Of a DNA stretch of 64,000 nucleotides, positions 41,801 to 49,493 are shown piece by piece. The stretch lies in assembly GCA_963713825.1 (NCBI GenBank), contig CAVQNG010000014.1:64001-128000 (forward strand). The letters run 5' to 3'. The DNA comes from an uncultured Acidobacteriota bacterium (GTDB lineage: Bacteria > Acidobacteriota > Thermoanaerobaculia > Multivoradales > JAHEKO01). Positions within the stretch are counted from its first letter, which is position 1; the number at the start of each line of letters is the position of its first letter. The notes below the pieces were generated by a model that made no database searches, was not told where the DNA came from, and was given only the letters and a program-made list of their open reading frames with translations. Made by a program: the position numbers and the translations under genes.

Positions 41801-41937
41801 GTCAGTTGGGTGAATTCCACTTTCGGCAGCAGGTCGATCGGCAGACTGCGGAACGAGACGATCCCGACGACGATCAGCATGAGAAAGACCATCGTCGTGG
41901 CGACAGGCCGGTGGATGGAGACCTCGGTCAAGCGCAT
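38827..41937 (-). CDS. AcrB/AcrD/AcrF-family RND efflux permease
   Basis: 1036 aa; RPVAT, GLIVDSAIVVLE, GIVVNNAIVLVD, RLRPILIT. Confidence 0.95.
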   Translation of the reverse strand: MRLTEVSIHRPVATTMVFLMLIVVGIVSFRSLPIDLLPKVEFTQLTVRVGYPNVGPEEVEQIITDRIENAVAGLPNLERVTSQSEEGSSRVRLEFARGTSIDEAANDLRAALDGLRDDLPVEASAPRVFKLDLDRVEVVSLAVTSTRDLEEVTRLLEDELARRFEQIPGVGAIDIRGGVYREIRVELDRDRLQATGLTALDVERALARENVTLPTGTVKSGFNDLYIRSLGEYRSLEEIALTVVATPGGRPVRVRDIGEVRDAYEDVRYLVEMNGVPSISLGIQKQSGGNTVEVARAVRHEAELINQERDDIQLTVVVDQSDFIRQSIGNVQRSAIWGSFLAIGVLYLFLRNRSSTLIITLAIPISVIATFALLFFGGQTLNQMTFGGLALGVGLIVDSAIVVLESIVRKREEEDLPPPEAARIGTRDVAGAITASTLTTCVIFVPVVFTRTTTGALFQALALVVVFALICSLFVALTLVPMLASRFLHLPPREELERSPHHRLQRRLESWYTDRLRFAMRHRGRVFALTGLALALAIAAWPLIPVELAPQTEADEIDIQLEMERGTNIAVARAYTDELEDRVRAVVPAGDVRLFSTEIRGDNAAVELKLESQNQRQLASSELADLVRREVDGRVPGGLLEVEAQQGLWMLNRVFSSGGGSDALELELRGWELDRADRIAADMRRRMEAVPGVTDVRVSRREGRPEERLILDRERISELGLSVREVGQTLLANVAGIEAGRYREAGYEFPITVRLRRQDRQISQDLDGVTLRTPQGAVVALSSLVERQRGRGPVEIDRVDGQRVTYVTANLESGVALGDAVEGVRAALAGLELPSGFTILYGGQYEEQIAARRDFTIAIIMALVLVYMLMAAQFERFFDPLIVMLAVPMALIGVVPTLLLTGTTLNIQSVMGLVMLIGIVVNNAIVLVDAINLLRRERQMGAADAIIEAGRLRLRPILITTATTVLGLVPLALGLGVGGEIQASLARVVIGGLLASTLVTLILIPVTYSTVANWVALSRASKRKWADESPDQQAIA

Positions 41938-43361
41938 TTCATGGCTCCACCGGTTTCTGTCTCTTGGCAGCGGCCTCCTCGAGGACTTGTTCCACCACCT
42001 GCTTCGCTCGCGGGGATCTCGGCCCCGAGAGCAGCGGCTATCGTGCGCTGTTTGTCGAGAAAGCTCTCGAGCAGGTCCTCGTCCTGCAGGTCCTGAAGCT
42101 CCATAACGCGATCCCAGCTTGTCGGGCGGATGCGAGCAACTGCTGTGCCGACGCCCTTCGGACCTTCATCGGAGTCTGGACCGGCGGCCTTCGCCGCCAA
42201 CTCCGACTGCTCGTTCAAGAGGTGCTGCCCAACGGTCACGACCCAGGCATCCGCCGCGATGCCGGTAACTCCCGCGGCACCGCGGCCCTCAGCCAGGATG
42301 TCGATCGGCCGAAACACCACCCGATAGACGGTCTCCGCGCTCCAGGTATCGGCTTCGGCAGGCTCTTCGAGGCCTGCCGCTTCCTGGACCTCGAAGACTC
42401 CACGCTGGCCAGAAGCCGGATTCTCCCAGACCGCGCCCACCGGCACGAGGATCGCCTGCTGGCTCTGACCGACGAGAATGCGCACGGTGGCGAACATCCC
42501 TGGCCTCAGTGCGCCGGCGCGATTGTCGACATCGATCTCACCCAGGGTCGTAAAGCTGTCCGCGGCAAGAAAGGGGGAGATGCGCGACAGAAAAGCCCGG
42601 ATCGGCTCAGCTGCCGCCGAGCGGGTTGCGATCTCCACCGACTGGCCCACTTCGACACGGGAGAGCATGGCTTCGGTCAGATCGACTTCGACAATCAGCT
42701 CGTTCAGATCGCCCATCACAAAGAGGATATCTGCGGAGTCGACCAACATTCCCACTTCGGCGCGACGCTCGCCGAGTTGGCCGGAAACCGGAGCGCGTAC
42801 AACGGTCTTGGCTCTGGAGGAACGCCTCTCTACGGCTGTAGCCTGCGCCTGCTCGACGCGTGCCGTGGCTTCGTCGGTGCTGGCATGAAGGGTGTCGAGC
42901 TGAGCTTCGAGCGTCTCGAGCTCCTGCTCACTGATCAGTTCCTCAGCCGCCAGGGTTCGGGTCCTGGCCACCCGTGCCTCGAGCTCCACGACCCGGGCTC
43001 TGGCCGCCGCCGCACTTGCTTCCGCCAGACGGACATTGGCTTCGGCCTGTCGCAGCCGTTCGCGGGCCTCGACTTCGTCCAGACGAACCAGAGGCTGGCC
43101 ACGTTCGACCACCTCGCCGCTGCGGACCAGGACTTCCACGACTCGGCCCTCCATCTCTGGACGGATCGCCACCTGATTGCGGGCTCGGACCACGCCGGGC
43201 ACCGTCACCTCGATTGGCAGTGCACCAACGCGAGACTGAACCGCCTCTACCAGGGGTGCCAGTGTCGGCTTGCTCTCCTCGCGGTCGGTGCTCCCGCAGG
43301 CAAGGCCAAACACCAGGCACAGGCATACTGCGGCGCGGAGTATGGGTTGAAGAGTGTTCAT
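41928..43361 (-). CDS. RND periplasmic adaptor (membrane fusion protein), lipoprotein
   Basis: Lipobox LAC, GEVVERGQPLVRLD, VRAPVSG, LRPGMFA; C-terminus probably frameshifted near 42001. Confidence 0.9.
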   Translation of the reverse strand: MNTLQPILRAAVCLCLVFGLACGSTDREESKPTLAPLVEAVQSRVGALPIEVTVPGVVRARNQVAIRPEMEGRVVEVLVRSGEVVERGQPLVRLDEVEARERLRQAEANVRLAEASAAAARARVVELEARVARTRTLAAEELISEQELETLEAQLDTLHASTDEATARVEQAQATAVERRSSRAKTVVRAPVSGQLGERRAEVGMLVDSADILFVMGDLNELIVEVDLTEAMLSRVEVGQSVEIATRSAAAEPIRAFLSRISPFLAADSFTTLGEIDVDNRAGALRPGMFATVRILVGQSQQAILVPVGAVWENPASGQRGVFEVQEAAGLEEPAEADTWSAETVYRVVFRPIDILAEGRGAAGVTGIAADAWVVTVGQHLLNEQSELAAKAAGPDSDEGPKGVGTAVARIRPTSWDRVMELQDLQDEDLLESFLDKQRTIAAALGAEIPASEAGGGTSPRGGRCQETETGGAMKCA

Positions 43362-43629
43362 CGCCCTGATCTTTCCCCTTCGACACCCCGCTCAGCCAGA
43401 ATCGAACGGGGCGGTAGACTATCAGCTGAGCGGTCGGACACGCTTCAGCTTCTCTTCTCGGGCCTCGCTAGGCGGGTGTGGCGACCGGATTTGAATTCAC
43501 CGGCATGAGCGGTTTCTGGTGCGGGTGGGGTGAAATGATGAGCAGGGGGTCGGTACTCGAGATCATGGTGGCGCCATGCTTGGCAAAGACCTCACACAGG
43601 ATAGGCCCCATGAACAGGTGCGCAGTGGC

Positions 43630-43812
43630 CAGGAAGACCGAGAGCTGCTGGCGTCGAGCCAGGTTCTCGAGGACGAGGTGACGTCGAGTTCGGAAGGCTG
43701 AAGATGTGGACCGGAGGAACACTCCAAGAAGGCGAATCATCACGCGGAGAGGATATCCGCTACCGGTGTGAAGGCTGCTGTCTACTGGACGGATGAGAAA
43801 ACGACAGGGACA
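43630..43812 (-). mobile_element. IS relic: left end and N-terminal fragment of an integrase-core-type transposase
   Basis: FRTRRHLVLENLARRQQLSV is homologous to the 46.6 kb ORF; end TGTCCCTGTCGT...CATCCG at 43812. Confidence 0.7.
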
Positions 43813-43827
43813 ACCGAGGGTCAGCCA

Positions 43828-46407
43828 CTAGCCGCTACTGGTCTCGGCGAGAAAACGCTCGTGGCATGCCTTGCCGGCGGCGCGGACGTCGGCCCACTCC
43901 TCGGCAAACTCGGGATCATTGCGCAGGCTGGCAATCAGAGGATCGGTATCGATGTGCGGGTACGAGCAGTAACCCCCATCGATCGCCCGCTCCAACAACT
44001 CTAGAGCGACCTCGTGCTCGCCGGCGAAAGCAAAAATGGCCGCATTCCAGTGGACCTGCTCCACGTCATTGAGGAGGTCCGTGAAACCCATCTCTTGCTG
44101 CAGTACCTCCGGCGCCATGGTCCGATCTTCCAAAACGGGCTCGAGACTCGCTGCCAGGATGGTATAGCTCGTATTCCGTGACAGCTCCAGCGCCTCCTCG
44201 AGGCGCCCTTGCCGTATCCGAACGACGGCCAGATTGCCAAAGTAGAAGTCGTTGCCAGGACTCAGATCGAGGAACTGCTCGGCCCGATCGTAGCGACTCG
44301 CCAGGTAGTTGGTGATGCCGCACGATCGAAAGCCTGGGTTGTTCGGGTCGAGACCGAGGGCCGTATCGCAATCCCGCACCGATTGCTCGATCGCACCGGC
44401 ATAGCGCAAAAGGTAGGCGCGGAGAAAATAGACCCGGCCAACTCTTGGGCGCTGTTCGATCAACTGACTCGCGGCCCTGTAGGCCTTGGCCAGCTCACCA
44501 CGCTCGATATCGATCATGATGACCCGCACTTGTGGCTCGATCAGCTCGGGATCGAGCTCCAAGGCCCGGTGGGCAGCTTCGATGGCCCTGTCACTGTCCT
44601 CGAATGTACCGCCGCCGTAAAGCACGTAGAAATGCAGGCGATTGGCCAGCTCTCCCCAGGCTGGCGCGTAGTTCGGGTCGAGCTCGACGGCCCGCTCCAC
44701 CAGGGCCAAAGCCTCGCTATTCGGAGCGGGATCCGAGCTCATCGAGAGGCTACGTAGATAGAAATTGTACGCTTCCTCGTTGGTCGGCAACGTACCGGTC
44801 GACGCCAGCGTGGCGCCGGGATCGAGAATCGGCATCAATCCCTGCTCCACCCTCTCGGCCACCGCTTGGCGGAGCGACAAGAGCTCCTGCCATCCAACCA
44901 CGACACTGTCTCGCCAGACCACGCTATTGCCATCGACATCGATAGCCTCGAGCGTCAGTCTCAGCTGATCCCCCTCTTTGAGATACTGACCCGTCACCAC
45001 GTTGGCAACACCAAGCTCTCGCCCGAGGGTCAAGGGATCTGTTCCCGCGGTATCGAGCCGCGAGGTGGTCGAGAAGGGGCGAATCGACAGACCCGAGCCG
45101 CGACTCAAGGCCGTCGTGATTTCATCAGGCACCGCCAGTCGCAGATAATCCAGCTCGGCGTTCGCGCCGAGATTGGCAAACGGCAGCACGGCAACAGAGC
45201 GCGGATCCTGCTCTTCAGCTGCGACTGCAACCGCATCGGTGGTCTCGGTTGGAGCCGATGTTTGCCGGCCCTGCCACCAGAAGATTCCCACAACGAGGAT
45301 CCCCGCTGCTGCGACGATTGCCCCGAGCAGACCCCACGGACGCCTCGCTTCTGGCTGCGGTCCACTAACTTGCGCCGGGACCTCGGCGACGGACGAAGCC
45401 GGATCAGTCACAACCGTCGCGCCGCCGCTGACCGCAGACGCTGGTGCACTCACAGGTGGCCCTGGAGCGCTCGAAACGGGCCCGCTCGCCGCAGCTCCCT
45501 GGAGCACGGGTGTCCCGGTGGTCGTCGAGAGCTGCCCCGAGTCGACCTCGCCGCGGAGCCCTTCAAGCTCATTGCGCACGTCTTTGGCCGACTGGTAGCG
45601 CCGCTCCGGGTCTTTCTCCAAACAGTGCTGAATGATCCGCGCCAGGTGGCGCGGCAGATCGGCCCGCATCTCGACCACCGAGGACGGCGTGTCCTTCAGG
45701 ATGCTCGAAGCTAGCTCGATCCCCGAGTCGCCTTGAAAGGGTCGCCGACCGGTGACCATCTCATAGAGCAAGATGCCGAACGAGAAGATATCGGTGCGCG
45801 AGTCCACCTCTTTACCGCTCAGCTGCTCGGGACTCATGTAGGGCGCGGTGCCCATGACAGTGCCTTCGCCGGTCAGCGCTGCCGATTGCGTCAGCGCTTC
45901 GGTCGCCACATCCAAAAATGTAGTCGGCGAGGTTTCCGTCGCCAGCTTAGCGAGCCCGAAATCCAAAACTTTGATATTGCCGTCGGCGGTGACCATGACG
46001 TTGGCTGGCTTCAAATCCCTATGGGTGATGCCCTTCTCGTGCGCTGCCGCCAAGGCATCGGCCAGCGGAATGGCATACGCAAAGACCTCGGCCAGCGGCA
46101 TTCCACCCGGCGGCAGAACCCGATCGAGGCTCCTGCCCTCGACCTTTTCCATCACCAGCAAACGCCGTCCCTCGGCCTCTTCCACATTGAACAGCGTGAC
46201 GATATTGGGATGATTGAGCGATGCCACAGCCCGCGCCTCGCGCCGAAACCTCTCCAAGCGCTCCGGGCTCTCCTCGGCCATCGGCGGCAAGATCTTCAGT
46301 GCAACCTCCCGGCCGAGCTCCGTATCCTCGGCCAGATAGACCTCACCCATCCCACCCTCACCGAGCTTCGCAACGATTTTGTACCGCGAGAGAGTCTTTC
46401 CGATCAT
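43828..46407 (-). CDS. Ser/Thr kinase - TM - TolB-N-like/TPR protein
   Basis: GEGGMGEVY, HRDLKPAN, DFG, GTAPYMSPE; TM helix; SVAVLPFAN; TPR repeats. Confidence 0.93.
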   Translation of the reverse strand: MIGKTLSRYKIVAKLGEGGMGEVYLAEDTELGREVALKILPPMAEESPERLERFRREARAVASLNHPNIVTLFNVEEAEGRRLLVMEKVEGRSLDRVLPPGGMPLAEVFAYAIPLADALAAAHEKGITHRDLKPANVMVTADGNIKVLDFGLAKLATETSPTTFLDVATEALTQSAALTGEGTVMGTAPYMSPEQLSGKEVDSRTDIFSFGILLYEMVTGRRPFQGDSGIELASSILKDTPSSVVEMRADLPRHLARIIQHCLEKDPERRYQSAKDVRNELEGLRGEVDSGQLSTTTGTPVLQGAAASGPVSSAPGPPVSAPASAVSGGATVVTDPASSVAEVPAQVSGPQPEARRPWGLLGAIVAAAGILVVGIFWWQGRQTSAPTETTDAVAVAAEEQDPRSVAVLPFANLGANAELDYLRLAVPDEITTALSRGSGLSIRPFSTTSRLDTAGTDPLTLGRELGVANVVTGQYLKEGDQLRLTLEAIDVDGNSVVWRDSVVVGWQELLSLRQAVAERVEQGLMPILDPGATLASTGTLPTNEEAYNFYLRSLSMSSDPAPNSEALALVERAVELDPNYAPAWGELANRLHFYVLYGGGTFEDSDRAIEAAHRALELDPELIEPQVRVIMIDIERGELAKAYRAASQLIEQRPRVGRVYFLRAYLLRYAGAIEQSVRDCDTALGLDPNNPGFRSCGITNYLASRYDRAEQFLDLSPGNDFYFGNLAVVRIRQGRLEEALELSRNTSYTILAASLEPVLEDRTMAPEVLQQEMGFTDLLNDVEQVHWNAAIFAFAGEHEVALELLERAIDGGYCSYPHIDTDPLIASLRNDPEFAEEWADVRAAGKACHERFLAETSSG

Positions 46408-46461
46408 GTCTGCAGACCGATTGTAGAACTTCCAGCCCCCGCATGGGAGGGCGCAAGGCCC

Positions 46462-47320
46462 TGTAGGGCGCCAGAACCCCATCCGCCCAACGAAATCGTT
46501 GACACCCTGCAGTGATCGCCGGCTGACTGAGCTGATGCTCTAGATCTTCTTCACGATCGTGAGGACGCTCCGATCTGCCCTCAAGGTTCGGCGAGATTTC
46601 GTCCTCGAGAACCTGGCACTTCGACACCAGCTCGCTGTCCTGACGCGCTCGGGTAACCGTCCCCGCTTTCGCCCAGCTGATCGCTTTCTCTGCACCTGGC
46701 TCCGGTCTCTCTGGGACTGTTGGAGACAATCGCTTGTCCTCGTTCTCCCGGCAACCGTCGTTCGCTGGCATCGCGAGGGTTTCCGGCGATATTGGGCTCG
46801 GAAGTCTCGTCGCCAGCCGGGTAGACCGCGAGTCGATCCAGAGCTCTTGAGACTCATCCGCCTGATGGCCACTACAAACCCACTTTGGGGAGCGCCTGAT
46901 CGGTTCTGTCCGGCGCGAGTGCCTCGATCACGTAATCGTCCTTGGAGAGGCACATTCGCGCCACGTCCTCGGCACCCACTTCGCCTACTACCAGCGCTCG
47001 AGAATCCACCTCTTCCTGAACAAAGATGCTCCCAACCCGACAGACATCCAGCCACCGGCGATGGGTGAGGTCATCGAGCTACCCGAAGTCGGTGGGCTCC
47101 ATCATCGCTACGAACGCCGGGCGGCCTGACCACTGGACCGCCTCTCCGAGATCAGCGCCCTCTAGCCCGCCCCAAAGCTGGACCGCTGCGCCCGAGCCCC
47201 GAACGCGGCCCGCAGAAGTCACCGCTCCGACCCTGGCACGGGCCAGTCGGCGTGCGCCCATCGAAGGATCGGAGCCCAATCCCGCGCATAATCGGCCAGA
47301 CGGGGTTTACGATACGGACA
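46462..47320 (+). mobile_element. Internally deleted IS (integrase-core/IS3-IS481-like transposase pseudogene)
   Basis: N-terminal LENLALRHQLAVL, PATVVRWHR, NPLWGAP joined to C-terminal GGLHHRYERRAA*; imperfect terminal IRs TGT...AACCCC at 46462 and 47320. Confidence 0.8.
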
Positions 47321-47425
47321 AGGAGATTGCACATACCAATGGACCGTGGATGGACCATGTGAGCTGGAGGTGTCTAGTGTCGCCACTTGACCTTACGGCA
47401 AATGTCCTGTTTTGAGGGAGTTGCT

Positions 47426-47470
47426 TGGCGCGCCGGCAGGGACTCGAACCCCGAACCCCCAGATCCGAAG
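47426..47470 (-). repeat. Perfect 45-bp copy of the tRNA-Arg 3' half (att C)
   Basis: Identical to 49252-49296; identity ends at the anticodon loop. Confidence 0.95.
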
Positions 47471-47536
47471 CAGGGGGGTTCAGGGACTTCTCAGAAGGTT
47501 CTCTTGAGCCCCTGGGACCGTTTCGGCAAAGCTGAG

Positions 47537-48058
47537 CTAGGGCTTCCCGCCGTCAGAAACTCGGAAACCCAGAGGATTCAGTAGTAGTTCAGGTGCGACG
47601 ACCTCGGGTTGCTTCATGTCGAGCGGTCTACAGGGCGAGTGGGCCAGGAACAGCGACAACTCGAGCAGAGTCATTTCGGGCTCGGTGGCCAGAATGTCCC
47701 TGGTCATGTGGGTGAAATCGGTCATCGATCCAAGCACCACGCGGCTGTTTGTCCGTCCGTAGTACATTGGATCCATCAGGGACAACTCGCGATCGATAGC
47801 CTCTTGCGGAACCTTCAGCGCGAGGAGCACGTCTGTGAGAAGTCTCAGGAATCGCTTTTCAAAATGGTCGAGATCCCGAGCTGTCGTGACGATCGGGAGC
47901 AGGGACCGCTCGCTGACCAGGATTAGAAAGTGCCCCTGCGGGGTGTAGACGATGTTTGCGAACCAATCTCCCAGCCGATTCTCTGGAGGGGGCGGCTCGC
48001 CTGGATCTCGGATTCCCAGCCGTTTGAGGAGCTTCGCCGTGCATCGAAGGGTCGTCAT
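47537..48058 (-). CDS. Conserved hypothetical protein (DUF6933-like)
   Basis: LRCTAKLLKRL...LGDWFAN...SERSLLP...TNSRVVLGSMTDF pattern. Confidence 0.7.
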   Translation of the reverse strand: MTTLRCTAKLLKRLGIRDPGEPPPPENRLGDWFANIVYTPQGHFLILVSERSLLPIVTTARDLDHFEKRFLRLLTDVLLALKVPQEAIDRELSLMDPMYYGRTNSRVVLGSMTDFTHMTRDILATEPEMTLLELSLFLAHSPCRPLDMKQPEVVAPELLLNPLGFRVSDGGKP

Positions 48059-48123
48059 GGTTCTTCCTCGTCCAATGCAGATGGGGGCAGAAAGCCGTGC
48101 CTGATGAAGAAGCCTCCTGGGAA

Positions 48124-48462
48124 TCAGTCAGCGAGAGTCCGCTCGAGAGCATCGATCATCTCGCGCAGATCAGTCGACACGACATTCCAGACAATGTCAT
48201 GGTCCACCGCGGCGTAGCCGTGTACCAGACGATTCCTCATGCCGATGATTTCCTTCCAGGGAATCTCGGGCGAGTTCGCCCTGGTCGAAGGTGAGACCTT
48301 GCTCGCAGCCTCGCCGATGACCTCGACAAAGCGCTCCAGGGCTGCAGCCAGGATCAGGTCAGAGTCGAGATCTGATCGATCCTTCTCTGCGACCGCTTCA
48401 ACTGCCCGGCGGGCGTGATCGAGCATGTCGCGAAGGAGAACGTTGTCTTCAGGCGGCCTCAT
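48124..48462 (-). CDS. HepT-like (DUF86/HEPN) ribonuclease toxin
   Basis: VIGEAASKV, IPWKEIIGMRNRLVHGY (RxxxxH). Confidence 0.92.
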   Translation of the reverse strand: MRPPEDNVLLRDMLDHARRAVEAVAEKDRSDLDSDLILAAALERFVEVIGEAASKVSPSTRANSPEIPWKEIIGMRNRLVHGYAAVDHDIVWNVVSTDLREMIDALERTLAD

Positions 48463-48751
48463 AGATGGGTATCGCTTCGGCAGTCACGCGATCGCGGAAG
48501 TGTGGGCTGAGGAACCCGGGTGTGTTCAGGTCGACCTCTCGCCCGACCAGGTTTGACAGTTCATCCTGTATAGCGATGAATTGCAGGCCTACGTTGTGCC
48601 CCGGGATGAACTCGACGAGCAGGTCAATGTCGCTGTCTGGATGCAGTTCGCGCCGCGCAGCCGATCCGAAGACAGCCAAGCGGCGAATGCCATGTTGCCG
48701 ACACAGCTCAGCGAGCTTTCGTTGGTCGATCTCGAGTACTGCCCGGTTCAT
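48449..48751 (-). CDS. Minimal nucleotidyltransferase (MNT) antitoxin
   Basis: FGSAARRELHPDSDIDLLVEF. Confidence 0.92.
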   Translation of the reverse strand: MNRAVLEIDQRKLAELCRQHGIRRLAVFGSAARRELHPDSDIDLLVEFIPGHNVGLQFIAIQDELSNLVGREVDLNTPGFLSPHFRDRVTAEAIPIYEAA

Positions 48752-48939
48752 CGCCTCGTGATGATACCGCAGTGAGGCTGAGTGGTAAGGGGCGGGTGAG
48801 GTCCTCTAGTGGGTGGGACGTGAGGTGGAGAAGGGCGTAGGTACAGCCCCCGTCAGTCTGCCGAACGCGAGCGACAGGGTAGAACTGGAGAACTACTCTC
48901 AGGTGTGAGTCAGGAAGCTGCGTCTGAAGTACCGACACC

Positions 48940-49148
48940 AAGCGCCGGGCTTCGAGCCTCAGCGAGTATCGGCCGTTCACTCTCTCGAACTGATTTGCCT
49001 TCGTCTGGCTGTGAGGAAGGGTAGCGAGAACGAACATTCTTGGCATGAAACCAAGAGCGCCGGCCTCGTGAACATCTCGAATTTCGATGGGAAGAACTCG
49101 AGCGGAGGGCCGGTCTTCCAACAGCAGGTGCTGGCGCATCAAGCCCAC
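48940..49148 (-). pseudogene. Truncated plasmid-type replication initiator (RepA_C-like) fragment
   Basis: EAGALGFMPRMFVLATLPHS...FERVNGRYSLRL resembles the N-terminus of IncW-like RepA; similarity is lost after about 65 aa. Confidence 0.6.
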
Positions 49149-49251
49149 CGCAATCCCTGCCTGCGCACCAATAGCGCACCAAATCGCCGATTTGGGGGTC
49201 TGAGGCCGACTCCAAGAATCGATGTAAATGTCTTAGTTTGAGGGAGTTGAG

Positions 49252-49328
49252 TGGCGCGCCGGCAGGGACTCGAACCCCGAACCCCCAGATCCGAAGTCTG
49301 GTGCTCTATCCAATTGAGCTACCGGCGC
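49252..49328 (-). tRNA. tRNA-Arg (anticodon TCG)
   Basis: GCGCCGG TA GCTCAATTGGATAGAGC A CCAGA CTTCGGA TCTGG GGGTT CGGGG TTCGAGT CCCTG CCGGCGC GCCA; 77 nt with encoded CCA. Confidence 0.97.
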
Positions 49329-49493
49329 ACGGAAAAGTGTTGTCTCACAACTGGTGCAAAGATGCAAGCACCCGGATGAAGACGCAGTGAAGATCGTCAT
49401 GCCGCATAGCGGCGAAAACGGGTAGAATCGGGCTTGAAAGCGGGAGCGGTCGTCCGCAGGGGGCGAGGCCAACTCTCGGCGCGGGAGGTAAAC

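Noticed and set aside
41964-43508. Long antisense ORFs (this one, 59819-61417, 19544-20644 and others)
   Set aside because: Shadow frames of real genes in GC-rich DNA with no recognisable motifs.
47426-47470. Second tRNA gene
   Set aside because: Only the 3' 45 nt are present; the D-arm and 5' acceptor strand are missing.
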